Positions 37,120 through 52,810 are shown, counted from the stretch's first letter. The stretch: 64,000 nucleotides of DNA from Lama glama (GCA_028534125.1 CM052817.1:1738001-1802000); one strand, 5' to 3'. Program-made: numbers and translations. The notes: generated from the sequence alone by a model not told the origin.

Positions 37120-37410
37120 GCTTCAGAGCTTTTCACCTCCGGACCCTGTTGCACTCTTAGAAATTACTGAGGACCCAAAGAGCTTTTGTTTATGTGGGTG
37201 TGATTTTAAACACTAAGACAGCACACATGCTCCACTGTCTGTCACAGCAATGATGTTGTCACAGGCCTGTGGCCTCTGGAGACCCCTCTGTGAGAGTGAG
37301 GTTTTGTACAGGTAATTAACGTCTCAGCATCTAATGTAGTTTCATTCCTGAAGACTCCCTGATGGAACACTTCCTTGGGGATCCTTGGAACACACTTTGA
37401 GAATCACTGT
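37120..37410 (+). mobile_element. hAT DNA transposon relic (Arthur1-like)
   Basis: cactcttagaaattactgaggacccaaagagcttttgtttatgtgggt...cacactttgagaatcactg. Confidence 0.55.
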
Positions 37411-38393
37411 TCTGTAACATTAGTCTGGGAACATCTGAAAAACCTCTTTTTACAAAATAAAGAGAAACAAACCAAATGACTTGCTCAGAATTCTAAAAGC
37501 AATGGAAATGCTGGGATTATTCCCAAAGCCTCCTCAGTTACGACCTACTTACTAGCAGCTCCCCTTAAACCGAGACCGTTCCCTCGGGGACCCTGCCCAC
37601 GCCAGGGAGACGGCTTCCTTCTCTCCTCATCGGGGCCGCTTCTGCTTCCACGCCGCCGCCTCCCTGACCCTGCAGGCCCGGCCCTGTGTCCACAGACCAG
37701 GCGCAGCTGCGGGAGCCCTGGGGGCCTGTCTCATAAGTGCACGACCCCTCCCTCCTCCCCCACCGCGTCGGCGCATCTTCATGACGGACCTCATCCGGCG
37801 ATTCCTCCCGTGTCAAGCTTGCCGTCTACTCCGGAAACGCCTGTCGGCCTGAGAGCCGCTGTAAACCACAGGCTACTTCTGCCCCTCACTACTATATGAG
37901 TAGAAATCGTTATTACTTCCTAATAAAACCATGAATAGAACCTAAGAGGCGTGGCTAATTACATACAATTTCTTCAAAAAATGTTTAATATAAAATAATT
38001 AATTGAGTGTTTTTTTCAGGTTTAAAAGGTGGAATCACATACCAACAGTTCCTACCGTATGATTATTATCATTCAGACATTACTCTAATCTCAATTACAA
38101 AGAGTTTATATTCCCTCCTGAAGTACACATGCCCTCACGTGTGGGTGCACTTGCGCTGTGCACGCACACACACACACACACACCCCTCTTAAAAAATTTT
38201 AAATGATTGTCTTTCTACTGGTAGATTGTTTTTATCAGGTAATTATTTCTCTGATAATTCATATACATAAAAAGAAATTCTGACTTTGCCATGGTAAATT
38301 GATTCATTTCTTTTGAATTCTTGCCTTCATGTCCTCACTGGTAGCATTAGAAACTAGTGTGGAATTCTATAATTGCAAAATTCGGTATATTGA

Positions 38394-38612
<219 letters not shown>

Positions 38613-39059
38613 TAAAATCGGGGGGAAACAGGCTGTAGCTTCTCTTGCTGCACGCTGTTGGATGTGTACTTACCCACCTGTCCAAATGCTATTGGAAATC
38701 TTGGGTTGTATATGGTATTTGTGTTCAAAAGTTATTAATATTCATTATATAATTTCTTCCGATTCAGTGGACTGTGTTTTCTCTTTTTAAAATGGCAGTT
38801 AGCCATGCTGGCACAGCAGTTAGAAAAGAAAGCATGTCCTAGACTCACAGGAATGTAACCGCCCCCGTGGCTGGGTCTGCGGCGTCGGCCTCTGCCGGCC
38901 CTGGGCCGGCTGTGCGTCCTCCCGCGGTGACCTGGCCTGTGAGCTTCAGGCCCTTGTTCTGCAGAGGCTGCTGGCGTCCTCAGGGGGACGGGTGTGAAAC
39001 GCTGGGCACCGTGCTTGGGCACAAAATAAGTGGTCAGAAGGTGTTACTGCCGCTAGTGT

Positions 39060-39081
39060 TGATGATGATGATGATGATGAT
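39060..39081. repeat. (GAT)7 microsatellite
   Basis: tgatgatgatgatgatgatgat in GRK4 intron 6. Confidence 0.85.
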
Positions 39082-39496
39082 TGCAATTATTATTGACTAT
39101 GAAATGTGCCGTTCTAGTCCATACAGGCTTCTTTTGAGGCTCTGGTATGAGCAGCACTTTGAGGCCCTTTCCTGAAAGGGCAGTGTAGACGTTTTCCCCA
39201 GCAGCTTTCTGACAGGCCCGAATGCGTGCGTGTTTCACAGCGCGGGCTGGCTGCAGGTTTGTGTTTAGTTAGTAAGGATAGCTGACCATTCTGCATCTCC
39301 CTTCAGTGTTTTCAGTCAGTGTTGCACGTCAGTGTGCTTGTCTCCTAAGAGCTGCCCCGCCGAGGCAGCCGCAGTCCCTGAGCACAGGCACCCTGGGCTG
39401 GGTGCCCTCTTGGGGCAGTGAGGTTCCCAGGGGAGGTTAGGACAGGAGCTCAGCAGGCTTTTCTCTTTGAAAATAACAACGTGATGTGAGACCTGA

Positions 39497-39598
<102 letters not shown>

Positions 39599-42591
39599 TG
39601 ACCGGTCAGGAGCCGTCCTTCCAGAAAAGCAGACAGCAGGGTGATTGAAAGCCGTCCGCTTTACCAATACGTTTAATTCCTTACTGTGCATTTGGGGAAT
39701 AATTTTAGCAACCATGAGAATTAAGATTGAACTTTGAGCAGAAGGTGCAAGCTTTTAAAAAATTCAGAGATCTGGAAAAAAATTCACTTCATATTTCTTA
39801 AAGAACTTGTTTTCTCATGTTCCATGTTGAGGCTCAGTAAGTTTGTCCTGATTGAAGATATTATTCTGTTTGCATATGGTGGAGTTTCTGTTACTCCATT
39901 TCCATGGTTTAGGACTAGCCTAAAAGTTCATGTAGAATGGAGTATATTATTAAATATGCTTATGTAAGTTGGCTCTGTTTGGACATTATGTACCTTACAC
40001 CTACACTGAAAGCTGTTAGAAATGTGGAAATCTGGGAAAATCCTAAAGAAACTGCCCAAAATCCATGAGACATGGTCTTTGAATAGGATGGCTCTCCTTG
40101 TGGAGACCACTGCGGTAGGCAGGCAGAGACTCCCATGCAGTTCTGTTCGGGGGATTTAAAAAGATTTTAATTGTCTCATTAGTCATCTGGAGTGATCGTC
40201 TTCAGTTCAACTATCTCTAAGTCCCCAGAGCCAGGCGAGCCGGAGAGGAATTGACACCGAGTGTCTAAGTCAGAAGCAGGTCACACGGCCCGCATGTGGC
40301 TTAAAGCGGGTGTGCTCCCAAGTCCAAATGAAGGCCAAAGCCAGAGCCACCAGAGTCCTCTTACCACGAGTGAGAGAGCGGGCCCAGCAGTGGCCCCTCC
40401 AGGGAGGCCTGTCACCCGTGGGCAGTGACATGGGAACAGGCTGGCTTGAGAGCCACGGCTGTGGGGGAACTGGTCGCGTTGGACCTCCTGTACGGCTCTG
40501 GAGACCTTGTAGAGTACTTTGCAGAATCCAGCCAAGGGCTTGCTGTGATCCCTCATAGCAGACACTTCTGTGGGAGAGCCCCTCTGTCAGGTGCACCCGG
40601 GACAGGCAGGAACGCCACCTGCCCCCCTTGGTCCCCCGCCTTGCCTCTCACCACCTCTCACCACAAAACTCAGACCTTGTGCGAGAGCAGAGGAAGGCGT
40701 CTCAAGCACATGGGGCTCGTGTCTACAAAAGCACAAGGTTCTGGTTATAGCCACATACAAGTTTCAAAGTGACTCTGTAGGAACACGGGAGCAAATTTCA
40801 GCTGCTGTGGAAAGACTTGGTTTGGTGTATATACGATTTTATCGATTACTTTTTAGCACATTTGTTTGTTTTTCCAAACAAATCGTCGTGTGGACGAATA
40901 AACCATTGCGGCCCTCACAGACTGGTCTGGATGCACTGCGCCCGCATCAAGGCCCGCGCGGGAACGGACAGTCCATCTCCGTCCCACATGCCTCTTAGAC
41001 CCCTACGAGCCTAGCGCGACAGCCTCGGTGCCCTTCATTCTACGTCCCAGTAGTGCATTTACTTTTCCAGATGTCAGCAGCTCTGCTGGGGGGTTTGAAA
41101 AGGCAAACGTTCTGCCCTCGTCTTGTCGACAACAGCGCTTTCACTTAGGCCTTGGGTCCCCTCGGGGCAGATCTGTAGGGTCCTGAGGCGGGCGCACCAA
41201 GCGGGGTGGGGTGGCATCTTGTGTGCGTGGCATTGGAGACTGCGTAGTGAGTGAAGGAGCACGTCCTCACGAGCTGGGCAGCCTGAGGCCAGGCTCCCAT
41301 CCCTTCACTCCCAGCTGGGACGTGGGGTTCACCATATGGCCTCAGCCTTAGGAGGGGTCCTGACCCTGCTTCACTGGTTGCTGTGGGGAGCCCTGAGGAT
41401 TTGGGTCCAGTGGTGGTGCAGGGCCTGACACCCTTACCTCTTCTCCCACCTTTCTCTGATTTGGCAGTTCCACAAGAAGGAATTCATCTTAGGTTAATGA
41501 TAAAGAGGTACACAAAGACTTACATGCCAAGACCTAGTGGAGGGAAAATGATGACATACATTTTGGAACAGTCACATGTTGGGAGAATATTTAATGGTGA
41601 GAAAATAGTCACACTATAAGATGAAAAAAAGGAGGTTATAAAATATTGTGTGTTCTATCATATAAGCCTGATTTTCCCTAAAAGTCAGAGGTTGGGGGAG
41701 CGGGTATATATTCTTGCATATACACGTACAAAGAGAGACTTAGAAGCTTATACAGCAGAATGTTAGTGATGGTTGTCTTGGAATTTCAAATGTTTTATCA
41801 TTATCCTTATTAACACTGTCAGTATTTTCCACAATGAACTTTATGTTTTACCATTGAAATTATTTTATTGATGGGTAAAATTATGTCATGTCTTATATTT
41901 GCTTTTAAAGTAATCCTGTGTACATGTGTGCACGTACATGGGTGGGTTTGTCTGATGGGTGCGTCTGTGGCGTGGAGTGGGTGTGTGGCACGTGGGGGAG
42001 TTGCATGTGCGTGGTGTGTGTGTGTCTGTGGGTGGAAGTCAGGTGGAACGAGGCACCATGCGTTGATGGCCTGGAATCCGGAAGACTGGTACCTGTTTCT
42101 CGTACTATTCTCTCCACTTTTGTTTGTTTGAAATTCTTCATAATATGAAGTTAAGTAGCATATAAATATTAAGAACTAGTTAAGTAGGATAAAGGTATGA
42201 AAGTCTATGGACTTCTATGAAATACATTTTCTTATCCATATTCTTGAACTTTAAAAAATCAAGAATCTGTTTAGTTTGAAAAACTTCCGTTCGTACACAG
42301 AAATAAAAGACATAGGGAGACATTTAAGTTAAACCGATGCCCCATGTTCACACATGAACGACAGGTTCCATTTGTCACCGTCCTTGAGCTTACGAGGCCC
42401 TTGGCGGTCTCAGCCCCCTCGTGGAGCCCCCAGGACAGCTGTGCCCGTACCTGGAGTGGTCTGGTTCAGCAGAAGCCGTTGCTGCTCTTCACCAGAGGGG
42501 TTGTCATGGGGAAAACCATTTTCTTTTTGTAGCCTAAGAACTGTCGGGTAGATAGAAAGCCTTTTTTTTTCTTTCTCATTTTTTAATCTAG

Positions 42592-42771
<180 letters not shown>

Positions 42772-43829
42772 TAAGTCGCATTTTTTCAGCAGGCCTGCCG
42801 CTAAGCTTGCCTCGTCTATCACTGCAGCTTGGGGTGTGTCTAGTTCACGTATGTAGGGCTCTGCTGTCTGGGGCTGTTCACCAGGAGGGGTGCGGGTCAG
42901 CTCTCACTGGACGCGGACAGGAAACAGTGGTGATGCTGAACTGGATGTGCTGTAAATGTATTGCCGCCTCCGCCCCTCATCAGGCCATTACTCCTCACCC
43001 CGCGAGCGAGGCACTGCCTGGCCAGGCGCCCACCCTCTCTGGTGGCAGCTGAGCTTGCCCTGCAGTTTGCCGTCAGCCTCCAGCTGAGTGACAGGCTTGA
43101 AGACACTGCTCTGGCCCATCACCTCACCTGGGCCTCGGTCTGTTTCCATCTCTATCCTCTCTCTGACATCTGGCAGCTTTAGTGCCCATTCCTCAGTTAG
43201 CACAGCCCAGTGTGTGAAGCCCCAGATTCCACCTTGACCAGTTCAGGTAAGGATTGAACATCTCGGACGTGGCTCCAGGCCGTACATTTATTAATGTGGT
43301 TTCTACCCACCTAGTTACATGTTTCCTATAACCTCTACTGCAGTGTGAGGTCTGATTGAAGGGAGACAGTGAAAGACAGGTCATAAAATGACTTGTAGTG
43401 TCATTTATTTCTTAGTACTGAGGTCAGCTGCTTTGTGCTGGGGGACAGATGTTCTAGAACAGAGGCTGTCTCAGCCATCATCTGAATTTAATGGCAGAAG
43501 TTTATGTGTAGATTTGTCAGTCTGACGTGCACTACATGAAAATCTTCAATAAAATAGGCTCATTCTGGCGCTGCTTTAAACATACTCGTGTAGCTACCTT
43601 GAAACATTGAATTCTGTAACCTAGCTTTATGAAAGGGACATAGACAGTTAGAGTTTATTTTACTTAAATAGAATATTCTTGGTTTCTATACTCTTGGCCT
43701 CTAGAAATACTTTCCTTTGTCCTTAATTCTGTTTCTTCCCTTCCTGCTCATGGTTGATCACCAGGTCCTGAGCAGTACTGATGTCGAGTTCATCTCCTCC
43801 TCCTCCCCCCAGCCCCACCCACAGCATAA

Positions 43830-44380
43830 CTGTGTATGCAGACAGTCCAAGACTTTCTAGATAACTAATTGAAAATTGGCCAAGTTATTAGATGTGACAC
43901 CAGTTAGATATGAAACAATTAGAAAATTAAAATTTTAAATTGATACTATTTACAATAGCATCAAGAAACATCAAAATCCAGGCAAAAATCAAGTAAAATA
44001 TGCAAGACTTATACACCGGGAACTATAAAATACTGTCACAGGAAACTAAAGAAGACCTGAATGAACGGTGGAGTACCATGTTCATGGATAGGAAGACTCA
44101 GTGCTGTGAAGATGTAGGTTCTTCCCAAATTGACGTATAGGTTAAATGAATTAAATGCAGTCCCAGTCAAAATCCCAGAAGGGTGTGTGTGTGTAAATTG
44201 ACATACAAACCAATAGAAAAGTCGGCAAAAATCTTTGAACAGGTGCTTCATAACAGGTGTTCCTAAATGCATGAAAACATTTGAGAAGTATCCCCTATAT
44301 TTACATATGCAGAGAAATGCAAGTTAAAGCCACAGTAAGAGACCACTTTGCCTCCACCAGCACTGACTGACAACACAAGA
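43830..44380 (+). mobile_element. Degenerate L1 ORF2/3' fragment
   Basis: aactataaaatactg...aaagaagacctgaat...ccatgttcatggataggaagactca...aaatgcaagttaaagccacagtaagagaccac. Confidence 0.75.
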
Positions 44381-44697
44381 CCTCCCTTGCATTGCTGGGG
44401 GGGTCTTTAACTTGTATGCTGAATGCAGGCGTTCTGGAAGTGTGGGCTATCTGTGCTCAGTGATTATCATAGCTTTGAGGAATCCTGATCCCAGGTGTCT
44501 TTGTAAGGTTTTGCCCCCTACCCACTTAAGGTAAGTTCTCTGCTTTCAGTACGGAACAGCTGTAAGGTCTTCCGTGGGTAAAGGTGTGCGCCTCCCTGAA
44601 GCATGTGGTATAAATCTAACATGGATTATTTGACTCTTGTTAGCAAGTAGAGTAAATCCCCAGTGAATGAGCAGATGTCTGTGTTCTGTTTTTATGA

Positions 44698-44904
<207 letters not shown>

Positions 44905-46328
44905 TAAGCGATGTGTGGACTTCTTGGGCACAAAGCCTTCCGTCCTGAGCCTTGCTGGCCGTTAGGGGTCTGAGTGGGGGGCAGCAGTGCCAGGGCTGGC
45001 CTCTCACTCTGTTGGAAATAGGGCCAGTCACACGTGGGCCTTGGTTTTCTTTTCACTTCTGTTCTGTCTCTAGTGAGGAGTCTTTATTTGTTAAGCTGAT
45101 CAGATACAGCCGTGCTGCTCGTGTGAGCCTGAGAAGAACCCATTTCCGAGAGTCTTAGCCATTCCAGCAGTCCTGCTGAGGCTGCGGCCCGTGTCCCAAA
45201 ACGACAGTGTCTCAAAACAATGACACTGACTTTGATGCTTTTTCGTCCTAGAATTCAGTAAGGAAAATTAAACATAATGGTTGGGATCAGTTTCGTGTGA
45301 TCGAGAGACTGAGTTTTAGGGAATGCAGCACTTCCCCCCGCCCCAAGACACTCTTCTCCATCTCCCCAAGCAGCTCCGTCCAGGCACCTCTGCGTCCATC
45401 TGCCGACTCTGCAGGCCACTCCCTGGTGTGCGCGTCCAGCCTTGCCCTTTTCCTCAGCCCCCAAGTGTCTGTCTATCCCTTGCCCTCTTCCTCCTCATAT
45501 AGTCCAGACCCTCCTGGATCTGGTCACCGAATCGCTCCTGAGTGTTTTTCAAGTGACTCTATTGTGACAGGACCTCACCTGAACCAGGGTTAAATATAAA
45601 TCCTTTGAAAACTAGTGTTTTTCTCTGAGGGAAAAAGCAAGTGGCTAGAGTCACTACATGTACGGCGTTTTCCTCTTCGGTGATGTACGTTTGTTTCAAG
45701 TTGGTGGCATCTGTCCTCCTTCACGGTGAGCTGTGCTTAACACTCCCTGCTGCTGACTGCACGCTTCCTGCTGCCAGCCCGGGCGTCACCTGACGCTGCA
45801 CAGCCTGGAGAGCGGGGCAGGTGGTGATCACACTGGGTCACAGTGTGGACGCTGAGGCTTGGAGGCGTTACGGTCACACAGCAGATCAGTGGCAGAGCCA
45901 GGGTTTGAGTCTATGTCTGTCTGACCCCCAAACCGAATTCTTCTAGGATGGGAAATTTTCTCAGTTGCGGACATTTAAAAAGTGTATTACTGATGAGGGA
46001 GCTGGAGCCGAGTCAGTTAAGGACTGATTCCTCACTGCCGGCTGCACACCTGCTCGCCGAAGTGTCCTCTGTTGAGCTGCGTCCCTGCGCAGAGAGTGAG
46101 TGCCCTTGCTGCGCGTGTCCCAGAAGAGCCTTCTCCTTCCACGTGGCCACGGAAGCCTTGCGAGGACACGCGGGGCTGGTGACTTGCTCCACAGAGAGTG
46201 GTTTGTTACACACCGTTCTTGCTGTTGCTTGTGTCACAGGGGTGTCTGTGGGTCCTTCTGGGCTGCCAATGAACCCCAGCATCGAATTCCGAATAACTGA
46301 CCTCTTCCTGTTGTTTCTTCCTTTGCAG

Positions 46329-46366
46329 AGACTTAAAGCCCGAGAACATCCTCCTGGATGACCGTG
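46329..46366 (+). CDS. GRK4: GRK4 exon 10 (38 nt), catalytic loop
   Basis: ttgcag|(R)DLKPENILLDDR(G)|gtgagt. Confidence 0.96.
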
Positions 46367-47989
46367 GTGAGTGAGCGGCTTTCACATCCGAAGTGTACAT
46401 TTTGTTCAGAGGGACTTGGGGACAGAAAGTTAATGTGGACTTAGCCATTTAGTGCTGAGTAGACACAACGGAGACAGAGTGACTCTCTGTGTTGGGTCCT
46501 TTAAAAGATAAAACAGAGATATCATTGTCATTCCCCTGTATTTCGCCAAGAAGCAGAGATGGTTATAGTTTTTGGTGTTGGAGTTTTAGAAGCTTATTAA
46601 ACTCTAGGTGAGAGTATTCTCCTCTCTCCACCTCTTGCTGTTCCCCCTCGTCTTGCTTTATTCCTGAGTTGTGCGTCCCCGCTCCCTCCTAAGCCCGGCT
46701 GCCCCGTGCTGTCGTCTCTTCACAGAGCGGGTGTCAGGGCAGCAGCGCGGTGGCTGTGGGGCCTCGTCCACCGGCAGTGGGGACCCTGGGGCAGTGGCGG
46801 GGAGTGGCCCTTCAGGGCAGGCTCTCCACCTCGGTTCTCGGGTGACAGCTGCCCTGAGAGTGGGGGGCTGCAGCGGCCGGGGCGCCTGTTGGGAGCTGCT
46901 CTCTTTGGGGGGCTGTGTCCGTCTGAGAAGTCATCCGTCACAGCCAAGAGTGGGAGGCAGGGCTGGAGCATGGAGGGCAGAGGACCCTGAAAGCCAGCCT
47001 GGGGCACATTTAATGCAGAGACCCCTCCGTGCTTCCCGCCTGTCACCCACCTCGTGCTCAGAGCAGCTGCCCGGGGCCGGAGGGCGGTGTCTCCTCCATG
47101 GGAGCAGAGCATGGCCCGGGCTGCGAGCGTGGCTTTGTTTCTGCTTCATGCTGCGCTCGCTGTGACCAGTGGGGACGGAGCCGCTTAGAGAGGGGAGGGC
47201 GTGCCCCACGCGGAAGTGAGGGCGTCACCAGGATATGTTGTTAATCAGAGAAAAGTCACGCAGGATGTACCGTTCGGGTAGAAAGAGGGACGAGTCACGT
47301 GTGTTTGTGTTTGCTTATAAATACAGCAGGACACGTCCAGGAAGAGTCACGTGAAAACGGTCCCTCTGTGTGTACTTAGTGTGCGCTTCAGCTTCTCACA
47401 GAGGAGAACAGCCCCAGCGCGCTAGCATTTTGACTGAGGCCATGTTGAAGCTGCAGAAAACGTGCGGAGTATTGCCGTCTCGGCACTGGGTCAGGGGCGC
47501 GGTACTCGGTTCTGGTACGCGGAGCTCCCGTAACCTCTCCCGCCGCTTCTGTGTAGTCCTGTTTGTTGTGGTGCCAGGTGAACATGCTGCCAGTTAACGA
47601 TCACTTGTAAGTGGGCTCGAGGAAACCCGTGCAGGGATCTGTGGGTCCTCTCTGGTGGCTCCCTCCCCTCCAAAGCTCTGCCCCACACGTTTGAGTGGAC
47701 TGAGCTGTCCCAGGCTCTGACTTCTGTCTCCTTGACCCGGCAAGGCCACCTGTTCCGCTCAGGTCCCCCTCCTGCGCCGTGGTCTGAGGGTCGCCCGGGT
47801 AGGGTGCCGGGAGGGTTGGAGGGCCGGCTCCCGGACTCTCTTCTCTCAGGAGCCATGGTGCTCGGCTGTCTTGGAGTCAGTGTCCAACAGGATTTTTTGA
47901 CCGTATTTTAAATTATTTGCAGTGGAAGAGCAAGTTTGGGATCAGTTAGTCCTTCTTGGTTGGAAATAGATCCCAGTTGTTCTTAACTG

Positions 47990-50210
47990 TAGTTCATTCC
48001 AACTTACGAATTATTTTTCCCGTATGGTTAGTGCTTTTCGAAATCTTACCTATACCACAAAATGTCCTACGTTTTACTCTAAAAATGTTAGCGGTTTATC
48101 TTTCCCGTTTGCTTCTGAAGTCCCTCTGAATTGAACTTTGTGTATGGTGTGAAGTAGAGGTCACAATACATTTCCCCCAATGCATAGCCAGCTGACCAGC
48201 ACCGTTCGCTGAGAAGAGCATCTGTGCCCCTCTTCTCTGAAATGCGGCCTTTGTGTGGATCTGCTTCTGGACTCCGCGCTGTAACTTCCTTGGCTACTTC
48301 GTTTATCCTTGGACCAATGCCATAGTTTGCAGCTTCGCAGCAAGTTCGGGTTCCTGTGAAAGCCCTCCGGCTTTGTTGCTGCTCTCTAAGGTTGCCTTCG
48401 CTGTTCCCAGACTTCTTCATTTCCAGGTGAACTTTTATAATTGGTAGATTTCCGAGGGGAAGCAGTAATGTGCTGGAATTTCTGTTGGGATTGTATTGAC
48501 TTACAGAATAGTTTTCAGAGAATCTTCATATTGAACTTAATATAGGTAGCATCTTAATGTTGCGTCTTTGAGTTTATGAGCATGGTATGTAGTCCTATAC
48601 ATGTGGGTCTCTTGGTTTCATTCAATATCACTTTGTAGTTTCCTTGTAAAGTTCTTACCCATTTTTGTTATTTGATGTTTTTCAATAGTGTTGTTTCTAA
48701 AACTTCATTTTCTATTTACCTGTTGCTGGTGCTTTGAAATACAGCTTGCACCAGGCTTGACGTTTCACGTTAGCGTGTGGCACCTCGTTCTGACTGATGG
48801 ACTAGTGCTGGTTGGTGTGAAGTCCGCAGTGGTCGTGAGGGTCCACTCTGTGTTTTACGCTCTGTAGGTCTTGACAGGTGCGGACCGATACATGTCCATC
48901 ATTACTGTGTCGTACAGAGTGGTCTCACCTGCCCTAAACTCCTCTGTGCTCTGCCTGCTCACCCCTCCCTCCCCTGGCCCCCGGCAGCCACTGATATGTT
49001 TGCTGTCTTCGTAGTTTTGCCTTTCCAGACTGTCATACAGTTGGAATCATGCAGTATGTAGCCTTGCAGATTGGTTTCTGTCACTTAGTAATATGCATTT
49101 AGGTTCCTCCATGTCTTTTTGTGGTTTGTTAGCATTCCATTGTCTGGAGGGACCATGTTTATTTTTTCATCCATTCACCTCTCAAAGGGCATCTTGGTTG
49201 CTTCCAGTTTGCGGTGATTATGAATAAAGCTGCTGTGAACATTTGTGAGCAGGTTATTATGTGCACATGCATTTTCAGTTCATTTTGGTAAAAACCAAGG
49301 AGCGCCCTTGCTGGCTCGTATGGCAAGAGTATGTTCAGTTTTGTAAGAAGCCACCCAGCTCCTCCAAAGTGGCCACAGCATCTCGCGTCCCCACCCACAG
49401 CGATGAGAGCTCCTGCTGCCCCGCGTCCTCACTGCACCTGGGGCTGGGGTCTGGCTCTTGGCCATTCTGACAGGTGTGGCATCTTGTTTAATTTGCGTTT
49501 CCCTGGTACCTTGATGTGGGCATCTTCTCATAGGCTTGCTTGCCATCTGTGTCTTGTTCAGTGATGGATCTGTTCAGGTCTTCTGCCTACTTTTAATTGG
49601 ACTGTTTGTTTTCTTATTACTGAGTTTTAAGAGTTCTTTGTATGTTTTTGATACTAATCCTTTATCCAATATAAATGTTTTTAAGTTTAATGAAGTTCAT
49701 CTTATCAATTTTTTCTTCTATGGATTGTGGTTTTGGTTACACTTGCGAGTGACTTCATGTCCAATGACCACTGAATTCTAAACATCTGTAGATTTTTGGG
49801 ATTCTGTACATGCACCATCATGCCATCAGCAGAGGGCCATGTCACGTCTGCCTTCCCCGTTCTTAAGCTCTTTGCTTCTTTCCTTGCCTTGTGGCACGCA
49901 GTAGGACTTTCAGTGTGATGTTGACGTCGTAGTAGCAGGAATTCTTTTCTTGCTCCTGACCTCAGGGATAGCCTTTTACTATATCACCATTAAGTATGAA
50001 ATATGTTGTTGTGTTTTTATAGATATTCTTTTTCAGATCTAAGCCTTTTCTTTTTTTAAAAAATAATGAAAGGCTGTTGAATTTTGTCAGTGCTTTTTCT
50101 ATCAGAATGATTATTCTTTTTTCTTTTAATATGGTTAATTTATCAGTTAATTCTCCAGTATTAAACGAATCTTTCATTTCTGAAATAAATCTCACTCGGG
50201 CAGAACATGC
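47990..50210 (-). mobile_element. Cluster of degenerate antisense L1 fragments
   Basis: L1-like peptide in ORF 49962-50246 (IIILIEKALTKF) and L1M 3' UTR motifs (ttggaatcatgcagtatgtag, gaataaagctgctgtgaacatt). Confidence 0.8.
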
Positions 50211-51487
50211 TACCCTTTCCCTAGGCTGCACGAATGTCAGGACCACGCTGGTGTCTGTCCCCGCCGCAGTCCCTGGGGGTCCAAATGTCCTGACTCTCGG
50301 CGTCCAGCTGCCCCCAGCCTTGGCGGGAGTCCGGGCGTGAGCAGCAGAGAGGTTCCGTGTGTGTCCCCCACTCTCAGTCCACAGCCTCTGGTTTGACCAG
50401 GGTTGGCAGATACTCCTGAGGAAGACACCTGCTGCCCCCGTCAGGGCACCTTTGCGTGAGTCTCCTGCTCAGAAGCCAGTCCACCCGGGCTGGCTGGGCG
50501 GCTCACTGAGGTCCGTTAGGCTCTCCGGGAGTGGCCGGCAGCAGCCCAGGCCCACCGCGGCCTTCTCTGCGCCACCCCGTTCCAGGCAAGACGAGGCAGG
50601 AGCGACAGAGCTCTGCCTTTCTTGATTTCAGGAGGCTTTTCTCCTTTTCTTTGTGGTCTTCTGCTCTTAGTTGTGAAAAATGTACCCTGAACTGTACTTC
50701 AATTTCTCTGACTTGAGAAATGCAATTGATTTTAGAGTACTTACTGTCATGGAATTCAGATGCCTAGGGGCTGATTTGCACCGGCGTGCTGTGGAACCTA
50801 AGAGCAATGCGACTGTTGAGTGCCTCTTCACTTCCCACACAGCAGCTTGTTGGGTTTTCTGTTTTCATCTGTAAAGTGGAACTTGACATTTGTGATGGAA
50901 TTTAGGGTGAAAGAAGCTGCTTATCATCTGTTCTGGATTGTGAGGTACTTTTACCATTTGTCCACCCTAAATATGGAAGCGGTCTTTTTTGCAAATTTAC
51001 AAATTAAGGGGATTTGGTTTATGAAATTCAGCTGGTGGTTGAGATGACAAAGAAAACTGTATCATGCTTACATTTTCTCTAGAGGCTTTCATATTTTTAT
51101 GAAGTAGATATATTCCTAAAAAGTGGGGTAAATAGTGAGTTTTTGAAAAAACCAGTAGCATTTTATTATTGACAGTGATTTTAAAGGAAATCCTATGCAT
51201 TGTACTCTTGTGTCTATAAAAGTATTTATACGGATAAGGATCCTATTTTTTTTTAACATAAACAAAATCCTATTATTAAAATCCGAAAGATTTAACAATT
51301 CCGTAATATCACCGAATATCCCCCTGGCTTTATTTTCCTTAATCATTTCATAAATGTGCTCGTAGTTGTGTCCTGAGTGTCCCGTGACACCCACACTACA
51401 TTTGGTTGATACCTCGTTGGGTCTTTTTTGCCTTCAGAGGCTCCGCCGCGCTACTGCTGCTTGTCAGTTTGTTTGTGAAGCCAGGTA

Positions 51488-51690
51488 TTGTGGGTGGAAC
51501 TGTGTTCCTCCAAAATCCATGTGGTGAAGCCCTGCCGCTGGCTGCCTCAGAACGTGACTGTGTCTGGAGACAGGGTCTTTAGAGAGGTGACTAAGGTTAA
51601 ATGAGGTCCTTAGGGTGGGCTGTCATCTGACAGGACTGGCGTCCTGGTGAGGACCGGAGGTCAGGGCACCGGCACACACAGGGAAGACAG
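51488..51690 (+). mobile_element. MaLR LTR fragment (MLT1B/C-like)
   Basis: gaactgtgttcctccaaaatccatgtggtgaagccc...gtgactgtgtctggagacagggtctttagagaggtgactaaggttaaatgagg. Confidence 0.75.
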
Positions 51691-52528
51691 TGGTTGTACT
51701 TTTCATTTCTCAGTTTAAAAAGTCACTTTTTAATAAAAAAAAGTAAGACGAGGGGTGCTGACATTTTCGCAACAGGCCAGTGCTCTACTGGGACATGAAA
51801 TTCATCAAAGCGGCATTGTTGAGGGGTCCTCCCGGTGGAAAGGAAGACGCTGCTGCTGTGGTAAACGGCAGAGCTGGGCTCCGCCCAGGCCGCGGCTCCG
51901 AGCCTGCCCCCCCGCCGCGCCCCGCTCCTGCCCCCCGGCCGGCGTGGGGCGCCTGGCGCCCGTGGTGCGGTGCGACTCGGGTGCCAAGGAGGCCTTTAAA
52001 ACGCTTTCAGTGCCCTTGGAGGGCACATCGCATATTTTTAAGGCTATAGTGTTAATATTTGTGGGCCGGTTCATTCGTTTCCTCGATGAGTATTTCCCGA
52101 GCAGCTGCGATGCGCCAGGTGCTGTGTCAGCAGCCGGACTCGCGGCGGTGAGTGGGCTGTGCGCGGCGTCTGCCCCCGGGGCTGCTGCTCCTTCTGGGCT
52201 TGTGATTTTCACGAGGAACTGAATAACTGTCTAAATTCTCCTGTGTAAAGGCACTGACACGTCGCAGAGTTTAAGTGAAATTCCTTGATTGTATTATTTC
52301 CCTGACCGCATTACCGTCTGTTCTTCAGAGAAAACGCCGTCTGCCGGCCTGCTGTTGTCTCTGTCCGAAAGCCTCGGCGCTCTGACAGGGAGCGCCCACG
52401 TGCTGCCTCACGGCCGCTGTGGCGTTTGCTGCAGCTGTGTTCGCTGCAGTCGCGCTTACGTGCTGTAGTTACCCAGTGGCTGTCTGTGGCTGAAGTGCTT
52501 CCTGGTCGGTCGCCAGGCACAAATCTAG

Positions 52529-52810
<282 letters not shown>

